Shown here: positions 17,712-26,196 of the stretch, one piece after another | Layout: the number at the start of each line of letters is the position of its first letter | Numbering within the stretch: the stretch's first letter is position 1 | NCBI GenBank assembly: GCA_964347045.1 | Contig: CAYFXC010000024.1 | Coordinates: 1 to 27,849, forward strand | Source of the DNA: an uncultured archaeon | GTDB taxonomy: Archaea > Asgardarchaeota > Hermodarchaeia > Hermodarchaeales > Hermodarchaeaceae | DNA: 27,849 nucleotides | Direction: 5' to 3' | Made by a program: the position numbers and the translations under genes | Notes under the pieces: model-generated | Told to the model about the DNA's origin: nothing | Seen by the model: only the letters and a program-made list of their open reading frames with translations | Databases searched by the model: none

Positions 17712-18149
17712 ATGACTTCGCCCCGCGTCGCTCGAATACAGTTGACATCGTTGCACCGACGACAATTATATGGAATTCGTCGACGGGCGATGCCCAATGA
17801 GGGGTGTGCAATACTTCTTGGAACTTATAGCAAAGATGGTTTAGTCGCTCGAGTCGTACGCGTCGCTGAAACCGAAAACATAGCCCAATCGAGCGCGGCT
17901 TTTGAGATTGATGCAGAACACCAATATTGTATCCTCACTGCAGCAGCAGAGGAGGGGCTGGAACAAGTCGGGATTTATCATTCTCATCCAACGTCTCCGG
18001 AACCATCAGGCAGTGATTTGGAATTTATGAAATACAATCCCTGCGTTTGGGTTATCGATGGTAAACGAAATAATCGGTTTCGAATGAGAGCTTTTCAGCT
18101 GTGGAAAGGATTTCTAATTTCAGTTGAAATTCTTACAGTACCACCGTAA
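17712..18149 (+). CDS. JAB1/MPN/Mov34 (JAMM) metalloprotease
   Basis: NEGCAILLG (catalytic Glu) and YHSHPTSPEPSGSD (HxH-x7-S-xx-D). ATG 17712 preferred over TTG 17694. Confidence 0.92.
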   Translation: MTSPRVARIQLTSLHRRQLYGIRRRAMPNEGCAILLGTYSKDGLVARVVRVAETENIAQSSAAFEIDAEHQYCILTAAAEEGLEQVGIYHSHPTSPEPSGSDLEFMKYNPCVWVIDGKRNNRFRMRAFQLWKGFLISVEILTVPP

Positions 18150-18158
18150 AAAGAAGAG
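18148..18158 (-). terminator. Pyrimidine/U-rich terminator-like tract after the C/D sRNA
   Basis: Minus-strand CTCTTCTTTTT immediately 3' of the sRNA terminal stem. Confidence 0.45.
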
Positions 18159-18161
18159 GCG

Positions 18162-18234
18162 GGGGCTCTCGGCTCGTCGCGAGATCGTCATAGCACAAGG
18201 CTCAGTTTGGAGCGGCGTGGCTTCACTGAACCCC
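18162..18234 (-). ncRNA. Box C/D 2'-O-methylation guide sRNA (dual guide)
   Basis: 5'-GGGGUUC A [GUGAAGC, box C] CACGCCGCUCCAAA [CUGA, D'] GC CUUGU GC U [AUGACGA, C'] UCUCGCGACGAG [CCGA, D] GAGCCCC-3'. It has a 7-bp terminal stem, two k-turns with 3-nt bulges (AGU, UAU), and 14- and 12-nt guides complementary to conserved 23S rRNA motifs. Confidence 0.85.
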
Positions 18235-18324
18235 GGAGACTCTGTTAGCAAGGCGAGTTTTATCTGTTTTGGCACATGAAGTAGAGCTCCTAAAGAAACT
18301 GAATAGTTAGATTGATCAGATATA

Positions 18325-18681
18325 CTATCGGTATTTGCGGACTCGGATTACTCCTCGGGCTTCGATATCAGGTAGATGCGTTAGTGCTTTTCGAAGTGTA
18401 CCACTTATTCCAACAACATGAAAAAGAAGGGGGTTCGAATCCATCTGTGTAATTGTTGCTAAGGCAGCTCGGAGCGGGCGAACCTCCGTGTGTTGGCAAC
18501 GAATAATGGCACTCTTTTGTTTAGGATGATATGATATTAGCCAAAAACCAATTCGGCTGACTCCCATCTCTCCATATAATTCTTGCAACTGCTGCCAGAT
18601 AGCATTTCGGAAGTTGGATTCAGAAGGGAGTTTCTTGGAAGTGTGAACCCGAATTGCGAGATATCGTTGACGAGAACGCAT
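18325..18681 (-). CDS. rnp2: RNase P protein component 2 (Pop5/Rpp14)
   Basis: RQRYL, LYGEMG, IIRC and VVGISGTLRKA motifs. Confidence 0.95.
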   Translation of the reverse strand: MRSRQRYLAIRVHTSKKLPSESNFRNAIWQQLQELYGEMGVSRIGFWLISYHPKQKSAIIRCQHTEVRPLRAALATITQMDSNPLLFHVVGISGTLRKALTHLPDIEARGVIRVRKYR

Positions 18682-19370
18682 TAGCAGGTTGTCCTCCGTG
18701 ATTGTGCTGATAGGTGAGATTCTCTGTGAACAGATATTTGCGACACAAGTTTCGTCGGTTCAAGATTCATCGCATTCTTGGCAAAATCCTCAGGAACCGA
18801 GGCAAGGTAGCTTAAAGCTTCTAAATCTTTGGGAGCGCGTAGCTCACAAGGATTGGCAGCGCCTGAGGTTAAAATCAAGGAGCAGTTAGCTCGCACCAAA
18901 TGATTCAGGGCAGATCGCATGACCCGCATCAATCGAGAACGAATTGATCCAGTAAGTGTAAGGAGCTGGTGAAGGCATACTTCGACGGGCTTGTTGTGGT
19001 TCGCCATTGCACGGGCTACTTGTGAATCTATTACGGTAAAATCATCGATATCTCTAAGCATGATCATCTGTACAGTTGGAATCTCGGCTGCGGTAAGCCA
19101 AATAGGTTTAGAGCGTCCGTGAATGACAATAAGGTCGGCCAATTTTAGTTGCTTATTCACATGGAATCGGAGTCGTCCAGCACTTCGAGGTGAAATGGTT
19201 AATCGATGAATTATTACCAGGGGCTTGTGCATATTTTCTATCGTAAACGGTTTGGGAGAATCAATGGCTAGCCCAACGAATCCTAATTTGGTTGCGATTT
19301 TTTGAAGTGTTGTGAACTCCCTTTCGTTGTTTTGTGGGTTAAAACGAACATGGAGATCATATGCACACAT
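18681..19370 (-). CDS. rnp3: RNase P protein component 3 (Rpp30)
   Basis: YDLHV, LGF and LTSGA...ELRAP.DL motifs; operon position. Confidence 0.92.
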   Translation of the reverse strand: MCAYDLHVRFNPQNNEREFTTLQKIATKLGFVGLAIDSPKPFTIENMHKPLVIIHRLTISPRSAGRLRFHVNKQLKLADLIVIHGRSKPIWLTAAEIPTVQMIMLRDIDDFTVIDSQVARAMANHNKPVEVCLHQLLTLTGSIRSRLMRVMRSALNHLVRANCSLILTSGAANPCELRAPKDLEALSYLASVPEDFAKNAMNLEPTKLVSQISVHRESHLSAQSRRTTC

Positions 19371-19382
19371 TCTTTTCTCGTC

Positions 19383-19841
19383 CTAGATGAGTTTGAACTG
19401 ACGGCTGTAATTTTTTAGCTCTTTGAGTGATGGTTTTCGACCTGCAAACCGGATGACGATACGGATAGAATCACCACGATTAATTATGCGAATTCGTCCT
19501 TGATAAGCCTCCTGTTTATCAATTCTGAGAAAAAGCTGACCCTTCTGATCTATGCGAGAAGCAAAAGTCCTATCGATTTGGACACGATCCTGCATAGTTA
19601 ATTTTTGGCCAATGGATGTTAGAGTTTGTACAATTTGATCAGGGTGTGTTAACTGGATTTCAATTCGAAGAATAGGATTGTGGTAGTGACCACGAAGGCT
19701 TGTTGTTTTGAATTTTAGAAGGCTTTGAATAGCTTGTGGAAAGAGATTTTCAATTGCTGTTTTAACTCTATCAAAGTCTTCAGTGGCATGAACAGAAGCT
19801 TGCACATTAAGACGAACCGGTCCGCCTTCAGATGCGGCCAC
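19383..19841 (-). CDS. COG1325 predicted exosome-associated RNA-binding protein
   Basis: VHATED..RV..A, GHYHNPI and LFLRIDKQ.A motifs. Confidence 0.88.
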   Translation of the reverse strand: MAASEGGPVRLNVQASVHATEDFDRVKTAIENLFPQAIQSLLKFKTTSLRGHYHNPILRIEIQLTHPDQIVQTLTSIGQKLTMQDRVQIDRTFASRIDQKGQLFLRIDKQEAYQGRIRIINRGDSIRIVIRFAGRKPSLKELKNYSRQFKLI

Positions 19842-19876
19842 GGATTAAGCACTCTCCAAAGGGGATCTTATTACAG

Positions 19877-20452
19877 TTATTTCCCGCGTCGTCCATATTT
19901 TCCAATACTTGGACGAAGTTTCTCTGCACCAGTTCCTCGATGGCGTAAACCACGAGAGGTCTTCCCCGCCGGAGATAAACCCCGAAAAACGCGGCCCTTC
20001 TGTGTCGGTTCACATATCCAGTTGATTCGAGGGTCAGCTTGGATTGCTGGATGAGCAGGATCAACAAGAATAACTTCATACCAAAGGTTCTTGCCATCCT
20101 CGGCAATGTGATAGGAGCCCAACACGCGCATGTTCGGATATCTACGGGCTGTTCGCTCTTCAGCAATCCATTGACGACTGCGTCCAGGGGTTATCTTTAC
20201 AGTTCCCATCTTTTTGGGTTTTCGACCCATCGTAGGTCGTGGTTTCCGTCGGGATCCGCGAGGAACACGTTGGCGAACTACAATGAAGCCCTGCTTTGCC
20301 CGATATCCAATTTGACGAGCCCGATCAATTCTTGTAGGCTTATCTATGCGATTTGTCGCAGGCTCTTTTCGCCACTCAATAAGCCGGGAACGAATAAGGG
20401 CCTTCAAATCTTTATCATGGCTTGCATAGAGCTTGCCAATGTGCCTATACAT
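19877..20452 (-). CDS. rpl15e: 50S ribosomal protein L15e
   Basis: PTR.DRAR..GYRAKQG, AEER, EVILVDP.HP.I..D and GRVFRGL motifs. Confidence 0.98.
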   Translation of the reverse strand: MYRHIGKLYASHDKDLKALIRSRLIEWRKEPATNRIDKPTRIDRARQIGYRAKQGFIVVRQRVPRGSRRKPRPTMGRKPKKMGTVKITPGRSRQWIAEERTARRYPNMRVLGSYHIAEDGKNLWYEVILVDPAHPAIQADPRINWICEPTQKGRVFRGLSPAGKTSRGLRHRGTGAEKLRPSIGKYGRRGK

Positions 20453-20498
20453 TGATGTAGACGCCTCCGCGTAATAGGGGATAGCGAACCGCCATTGC

Positions 20499-20506
20499 CT
20501 ATAAAA
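20499..20506 (-). promoter_or_regulatory. Putative TATA box of the rpl15e superoperon
   Basis: Minus-strand TTTTATAG about 47 nt upstream of the rpl15e ATG; GGAGG SD in between. Confidence 0.45.
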
Positions 20507-20517
20507 TTGTTATGCTA

Positions 20518-21450
20518 CTACTTCAAGAACGCAATGAGTTTATCTGCAATAATCATAGAATTGGCTCGAGAAGCTTCATTGGTTTGGGCTCCAATATGGG
20601 GCGTGGATACCACATTGGGGAGCGCAACAAGCTTTTTCAGAAGAGCATTACCGAATGGAGGCTCATCTGAAAAGACATCGATGCCAGCACCGCCTAAATG
20701 GCCATTTATTAAACTATTATAGAGCGCCTCTTCATCCACGATACCTCCACGTGCCGTGTTAATCAGAATGGCTCCTTTGGGCATAGCTTCCAATTCTTTA
20801 GCTCCAATAAGCCCACGAGTTTTGGGAGTCAAAGGCACATGTACTGTTAGAATATCGGATATTGAAACGAGCTCTTCAACAAGAACAAACTTGACGCCTA
20901 ATTCTTTCATAACCTCGATTCTTTGAGGATTTAAATCGAATCCATATACCGACATTCCAAAAGCAAGCGCTCGTTTTGCCACTTGCTCTCCAATATGACC
21001 AAATCCCCAGATCCCTATACGCCGTCCTCGCATTTCGCCTCCCTTACTAGTTTTCTTTAGCCACTCACCACGTCGGATGCCTAAATCTCCATATGTAATT
21101 TTTCGTAGAACATTCAGAGCTAGAGCAAAAACAAGTTCAGCTACAGATACAGAAGGTCCTTGCGGTGAATTAACAACCTGGATTCCTTTCTCTTTGGCGG
21201 CTTCCCAATCAACATTATCTAATCCAACGCCTGCCCGGGCAATTAACTTAAGGGATGTCCCAGCATCGATTACTTCTTTGGTGACTTGGGTTCGACTACG
21301 GACTATAATTGCGTTGTAGCCGCTAATTTCCTCAACTAACTGCGCAGGGGTAATGTCTGTTCGAAGATCGAGGTCAAAGCCAGCGTTTTGTAATTGCTCA
21401 ATCGCATCCTCATGAATCGGATCTGCAACTAAAATACGACCCTTAACCAT
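20518..21450 (-). CDS. serA: D-3-phosphoglycerate dehydrogenase / D-2-hydroxyacid dehydrogenase (no ACT domain)
   Basis: IVRSRT, ARAGVGLDNVD, GFGHIG, INTARG, DVF..EP and TPHIGAQT.EA motifs. ATG 21450 with AGGTGA SD. Confidence 0.85.
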   Translation of the reverse strand: MVKGRILVADPIHEDAIEQLQNAGFDLDLRTDITPAQLVEEISGYNAIIVRSRTQVTKEVIDAGTSLKLIARAGVGLDNVDWEAAKEKGIQVVNSPQGPSVSVAELVFALALNVLRKITYGDLGIRRGEWLKKTSKGGEMRGRRIGIWGFGHIGEQVAKRALAFGMSVYGFDLNPQRIEVMKELGVKFVLVEELVSISDILTVHVPLTPKTRGLIGAKELEAMPKGAILINTARGGIVDEEALYNSLINGHLGGAGIDVFSDEPPFGNALLKKLVALPNVVSTPHIGAQTNEASRANSMIIADKLIAFLK

Positions 21451-21574
21451 AGTTTTCACCTGATTATTCTTTCTCTTTGATTCATTATTAAAAGCAGGTA
21501 CTGTTTTCTGTAAAAGCACCAAGTACTGTAATTTATTTATTTACATTATGAATAATTCAGTGAGGTTACTCGTC

Positions 21575-22783
21575 TTGCTAATTGGAATTGTCGGTAAACC
21601 GTCTTCAGGAAAAAGTACGTTTCTGAACGCGGCCTGTCGTACTGCCGCGAAGGTCGGAGCATACCCTTTTACAACAATTGAACCGAACCCAGGAACCGCA
21701 TATGTTCGTGTAGATTGCCTGTGCCAAGAATTCGAACTAGTATGCAACGCGAAAAATTCCATTTGCCGTGATGGAGTGCGACTAATTCCAATTGAGATGT
21801 TAGACGTAGCGGGACTCGTTCCTGAGGCACATCTCGGACGCGGACGAGGTAATCAGTTCCTTGATGAACTTAGCCGAGCGGATGCATTTATTCATGTCGT
21901 GGATACTTCTGGGTCACTTGATGCAGAAGGACGCGATGTCGAACCGGGTTCTTGGGATCCACGTCAAGATGTCAAATTTCTTGAACGTGAAATTAACATG
22001 TGGCTTGTCCAAATCCTTCAACGAGATTGGCGTCGCCTTTCACGGAGAGCAGAAACTGAGAAACTAAAAATAAGTAGCTTACTAGGTGAAAAACTCTCAG
22101 GATTACAAATCACGGAGTCAGCAATTAAAACCGCCATCCGCGATGCGGAATTACAAACTGATAAACCTACTCTTTGGTCAGATGAGGACCTTGAAAGGTT
22201 TGTACAATTTCTACGCCGTCGTGCGAAACCTATGGTAGTTGCAGCCAATAAGATAGACCGCCCACAAGCCGCGCAACATCTGGAAGCATTAAGGAAACTG
22301 ACAGATGAGATAATAATTCCTTGCACTGCTGCAGGTGAATTTGTACTACGTAATCTCAGTGAAAAAGGAGTAATTTCGTATCTACCTGGCGCATCAACCT
22401 TCGATATCTTGACTCCAAATGCATTAAGTGATACCGAACAATCTCAATTGCAACGTTTACAAACAGAAATATTGGACAGGTACGGATCCACAGGCGTTCA
22501 ACAAGTCTTGAATACAATAGTATTCGAAGTTCTTCACCTCATTCCCGTTTATCCAGTCGAAGATGCTGGAAAATTATCTGACCATGACGGTAATGTTCTA
22601 CCCGATGTTTATCTAGTTCCAAAAGGCACAACGGCCCGACAGCTCGCATATAAAATTCACACTGAGCTAGGAGAAACCTTCATTCACGCCCTCGATGCCC
22701 GTACGAAAAAGCGTCTAGCAGAAGATTACGAATTAAAAACTAACGATGTAATTCGCATTGTCGCCGCAGGCGCCACCCATTAG
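21575..22783 (+). CDS. ychF: Obg-family YchF/Ygr210-type NTPase with C-terminal TGS domain
   Basis: GKPSSGKST, YPFTTIEPN, DVAGL, NKID, Cys cluster and TGS C-terminus. Probable TTG start 21575 after GAGGT. Confidence 0.92.
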   Translation: MLIGIVGKPSSGKSTFLNAACRTAAKVGAYPFTTIEPNPGTAYVRVDCLCQEFELVCNAKNSICRDGVRLIPIEMLDVAGLVPEAHLGRGRGNQFLDELSRADAFIHVVDTSGSLDAEGRDVEPGSWDPRQDVKFLEREINMWLVQILQRDWRRLSRRAETEKLKISSLLGEKLSGLQITESAIKTAIRDAELQTDKPTLWSDEDLERFVQFLRRRAKPMVVAANKIDRPQAAQHLEALRKLTDEIIIPCTAAGEFVLRNLSEKGVISYLPGASTFDILTPNALSDTEQSQLQRLQTEILDRYGSTGVQQVLNTIVFEVLHLIPVYPVEDAGKLSDHDGNVLPDVYLVPKGTTARQLAYKIHTELGETFIHALDARTKKRLAEDYELKTNDVIRIVAAGATH

Positions 22784-23227
22784 CTAGGTACTCTTTCGCT
22801 CATAATATCCCCATGATTTCTGGGAGCCAAAACTTCGGAGACCCTTACGGCGTAATTGGTTTCGAAGCTCCTCGGCATGCACCGCGTTGATTTCCCCTTG
22901 CTTTTCCAAGAAATCGATGATTTCCAATGCTTCGTCTTCTGTAGTACAACGTCGCAGAAAATCTATTACATCAGGAGAATAACCGGAAAACCGGTCTTCT
23001 CCAGTTCTAACAGGTTGTCGGGTTCGATCAGTCTCTTCCCACCGCACCCCATCAATTCGAACACCTGTTTCAGAAGTTTTTATTTCATCGGCTAAATTGG
23101 GTAGATGCTCTAGGACCTTTTCGGTTAGATCCTCAGACTCTGCACCTAATTTGTCTTCTATTTCTTTCTCAATCTCAGATGCAATTTCAGTATCTTTCTT
23201 TTTAGCTGGTCTTTTTTTTGAGTCCAT
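22784..23227 (-). CDS. DUF2095 family protein
   Basis: P.LA.E and GY.PDVIDFLRRC.T.DEALEII.FLEK.GEI...LRSFG...GYY motifs; ATG 23227. Confidence 0.85.
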   Translation of the reverse strand: MDSKKRPAKKKDTEIASEIEKEIEDKLGAESEDLTEKVLEHLPNLADEIKTSETGVRIDGVRWEETDRTRQPVRTGEDRFSGYSPDVIDFLRRCTTEDEALEIIDFLEKQGEINAVHAEELRNQLRRKGLRSFGSQKSWGYYERKST

Positions 23228-23257
23228 ATTGTTGCCCCAAGCGGTGGATAAGTACAA

Positions 23258-24853
23258 TCACTGCTCAAGCTTGGCAAACCGTTGCAATAAAATATTACGA
23301 TTAATGCCCACATCAATTCGATCCCAAGCAAAAGTTACATCTGGAGAATAATCAGCAGTCGCAAGAGTCTCAAGATTCAAACCAAGATTTTTTGCGGCCT
23401 GAAACCAAGTGCCAGCAGTAATCTGCTCCTTTTGCGCTACATTTAGAATTAATGATGATAATTCACTCGACCCCCGGGAGAGCACAGCTTGAATGATGCT
23501 CCATCGGGGATTTGGTAAGTCTAACTGAATCCGGCCATATCGACGCAGCTTTTCTAAAAGCTGAAGGCGTTTCTTCAGTGTTTTGCGCGGAGCAAGCCCC
23601 AACCATTGGAAGGGTGTGTGGGGTTTAGGAATAAAGGGAGAGACACTCACATGAATTCGGTGACCTTTGCTGGTGAGAGTAAGAAGATTAATACAAAAGT
23701 CATGAATTGCTTGAATATCTGCGTCAGATTCAGTTGGTAATCCGATCATGAAGTAAAGTTTGAATTGTGTAAATTTTGCTGCCAGTGCTGATTCAAACGT
23801 CTGTAAAAATGTATCATCGGTAATTGGTTTTCCAATAACTGTACGGAGTCGTTCGGAGCCAGCCTCAGGAGCGAACGTGAGTGTACGTTGTCCACCCTGA
23901 AAAATTAGCGGAAGAATTTGAGAGTCAGGAAGATCAGCACGAAGTGATGGAACAGACAATTGATGCCCATTATCCACAATAGTGGCAAGTAGAGAAGCTA
24001 ATTCAGAATGATCTACAAAGCCAGAAGCTAAGAGTGCTACCTTTTCTACACCTGAGCATTGGGTTCCATCGTCGATTATGTGTTTCAAAGTATTTAGCGA
24101 GCGTTCACGTCGGGGACTGCATTGATAGGTCGTCATACAAAAACTGCACCGCCGATCGCATCCCCTTGAAATCTCAACCAATAGGGCTTGACCAAAGGTT
24201 GGCTCAAGCTCAGAGGGATAGGGAGGCTCAGGTAATATCTGGCATGTGGGATGAAAGGCAGAATCTAAATCATCTGTAAATGCTCTTATCGCCCTATCTC
24301 TTTTCGGCATCAAGAAATGATTATCCAATTGGGAGCTGAAATCAACACCCGTTTGTATTTTTAGAAGAGCATTCAGAAGTTGTGGATAAACAGGTTCAAT
24401 ATCCCCAATTTGCACCACATCAATAAAAGGCAGCATCGGAAAAGGATTTGAAACTGCACAAGGACCCCCAGCAATGACCCAAGGTTTATGTCGATCTGCT
24501 GCTAGTGGAGGAATACCTGAGCGAATCAGCATTTCAAGGACGTGTACAAAATCAGTTTCAAATTGGAGTGAAAAAGCAATGACATCAAATTTAGAAAGAG
24601 GTTGCCCCGATTCAAGAGAACGGGGAACCTCACCGGGAACATAGAAAACACGTTCACAGGCAACCAACGGATCAGCATTAAATTGAGCATACAATAAGTG
24701 AACCGCAAGACTGGTCATACCCACACGATAGACATTGGGGTAACACAACGCGATGCGCAGCTGAACCTTCCTCCAGTCCTTTTGCACCACATTACGTTCC
24801 CGAAACTGCGAAGGCATTCCAACCACATCGATAGAAGATATCACTCTAACCAT
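23258..24853 (-). CDS. Radical SAM protein with N-terminal cobalamin-binding-like domain (COG1032/YgiQ-like)
   Basis: YPNVYRVGMTSL, AGGP, EISRGCDRRCSFC (CxxxCxxC), PSLRAD, APEAGSERLR, KLYFMIGLP and FIPKPHTPFQW motifs. Confidence 0.92.
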   Translation of the reverse strand: MVRVISSIDVVGMPSQFRERNVVQKDWRKVQLRIALCYPNVYRVGMTSLAVHLLYAQFNADPLVACERVFYVPGEVPRSLESGQPLSKFDVIAFSLQFETDFVHVLEMLIRSGIPPLAADRHKPWVIAGGPCAVSNPFPMLPFIDVVQIGDIEPVYPQLLNALLKIQTGVDFSSQLDNHFLMPKRDRAIRAFTDDLDSAFHPTCQILPEPPYPSELEPTFGQALLVEISRGCDRRCSFCMTTYQCSPRRERSLNTLKHIIDDGTQCSGVEKVALLASGFVDHSELASLLATIVDNGHQLSVPSLRADLPDSQILPLIFQGGQRTLTFAPEAGSERLRTVIGKPITDDTFLQTFESALAAKFTQFKLYFMIGLPTESDADIQAIHDFCINLLTLTSKGHRIHVSVSPFIPKPHTPFQWLGLAPRKTLKKRLQLLEKLRRYGRIQLDLPNPRWSIIQAVLSRGSSELSSLILNVAQKEQITAGTWFQAAKNLGLNLETLATADYSPDVTFAWDRIDVGINRNILLQRFAKLEQ

Positions 24854-24976
24854 TTAGACTAGTTATTTTCATCCTAGCCCAGATTTCACGTTACTAAAAC
24901 TTTCTGACTAAAACAAAATGTGAGGTAAATTGACCTGTTTACGGGACTAATTTGAATAGAGATATGAAATGGACGT

Positions 24977-25291
24977 CTAATCACTGGAGAGCTGCACAAG
25001 GGAATGAAGTGATGGGGATTCCACAGCAATCCGACCTTTCATAGCTTCGAGTTCAGCAAGGAAAGTTCTGAGGGCTTTAGCTCGTTTGAAGACACGAACA
25101 ATGCCCAACTCGGTAATGCGGAGAACCGCCACGCGATTCATAACCTCAACATAAATGCCACCTAGATATAAATCGTGCTTTAAGAAGATTCTTCGACCAG
25201 ATTCATTCTCTACATTTCGGGCTTTCCAAAAGCCTTGCCGCTGGAGAGTTCGAGCAAACATACTAGCCAGACCCTCGCTAGATTGACGCAT
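24977..25291 (-). CDS. Hypothetical basic protein (104 aa)
   Basis: Sole ORF in the gap, with ATG start and alternating strand/helix composition; no family recognised. Confidence 0.6.
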   Translation of the reverse strand: MRQSSEGLASMFARTLQRQGFWKARNVENESGRRIFLKHDLYLGGIYVEVMNRVAVLRITELGIVRVFKRAKALRTFLAELEAMKGRIAVESPSLHSLVQLSSD

Positions 25292-25351
25292 TAATTGCTA
25301 ATAAGCCTTACCGGTTCGCTTTAGTAGAAAACCGTTTTAAGTCGGTTTAAT

Positions 25352-25376
25352 TTTTGAAGAAAAACCCTCTTCAAAA
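25352..25376. repeat. Perfect 9-bp inverted repeat TTTTGAAGA-N7-TCTTCAAAA
   Basis: Read directly in the AT-rich intergenic region between rps3ae and the hypothetical gene. Confidence 0.6.
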
Positions 25377-25539
25377 CCCCAACTTTCAAACCCTATACTT
25401 AAACGAAATTACTGATTCCGAGGTTGTATAAAAACCTGTTAATATCTCCATAACATGCGCGCGCTTAAAGACAGTATTATCTGTTTGCAATATTTAATAT
25501 TCTGAGACACAATTAAAGAGAACTGAAACGTTTCAGAAA

Positions 25540-26133
25540 CTAGCTAGCCGCAGCCACAGGCTGGGCAAGAAGCTTACTCTTTCGGATTTCACTCTTTCTT
25601 AAAGGGAAGATAGTTTTCGCTTTATTATAGATATCACTACCAATTTTTCCAAGGACACATTCTTGAATGAATGCATCGAATTTGAGTTGTTTAGCTCGTT
25701 TAGATATGATTTTTTGCATGACCTCACGGATTGCAGATTGTTGCGTTGTCTTGGCTCGGCGAACGGGAAATGCAATGGCATACACACGAATTTCATAACC
25801 GTCCTTGGTGGTAACATCAAAGATACCATCGATTCGACTACTCCCTCTTCGTACCAAACTTCGTAAATAATCACGTGTGAAATCATGACCTGAAAAATAA
25901 GTATAGGCTTTATCACCCTTCACTTCATTAATTTGGAAATACAACTTGATATGGATTTGATTGAAATCTCCTGATATGGCGTATAGCGTGGTCTCTACCT
26001 TTCGTCCAACCAAGACCTTTGCGTTGGCAGCGGGGGTTTCCCCGATTTCAACATTTCCGAAGGAAGATGGGGCTACCATCATATACCAGCGTTTTTCACG
26101 CCACTTATCACGGACTCGAGATTGACGGCTCAT
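25540..26133 (-). CDS. rps3ae: 30S ribosomal protein S3Ae (eS1)
   Basis: DKW..K.WY...AP..FG, GR.VETTL, DYLRSLVRR.SS.ID and IFPLRK.EIRK motifs. Confidence 0.98.
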   Translation of the reverse strand: MSRQSRVRDKWREKRWYMMVAPSSFGNVEIGETPAANAKVLVGRKVETTLYAISGDFNQIHIKLYFQINEVKGDKAYTYFSGHDFTRDYLRSLVRRGSSRIDGIFDVTTKDGYEIRVYAIAFPVRRAKTTQQSAIREVMQKIISKRAKQLKFDAFIQECVLGKIGSDIYNKAKTIFPLRKSEIRKSKLLAQPVAAAS

Positions 26134-26196
26134 AATCGGTTACCTTTCAAATACTGGTCTTTTTTGATGAAACGTGAAGGGCAAAATCAACTGCAG

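Noticed and set aside
18150-18300. 5S rRNA or tRNA interpretation of the GC-rich intergenic segment
   Set aside because: No 5S loop C (CCGAAC) or helix pattern and no tRNA TTCG T-loop or cloverleaf; the box C/D architecture fits better.
25292-25539. Replication origin
   Set aside because: AT-rich with repeats, but no recognisable ORB boxes and no adjacent cdc6/orc1.
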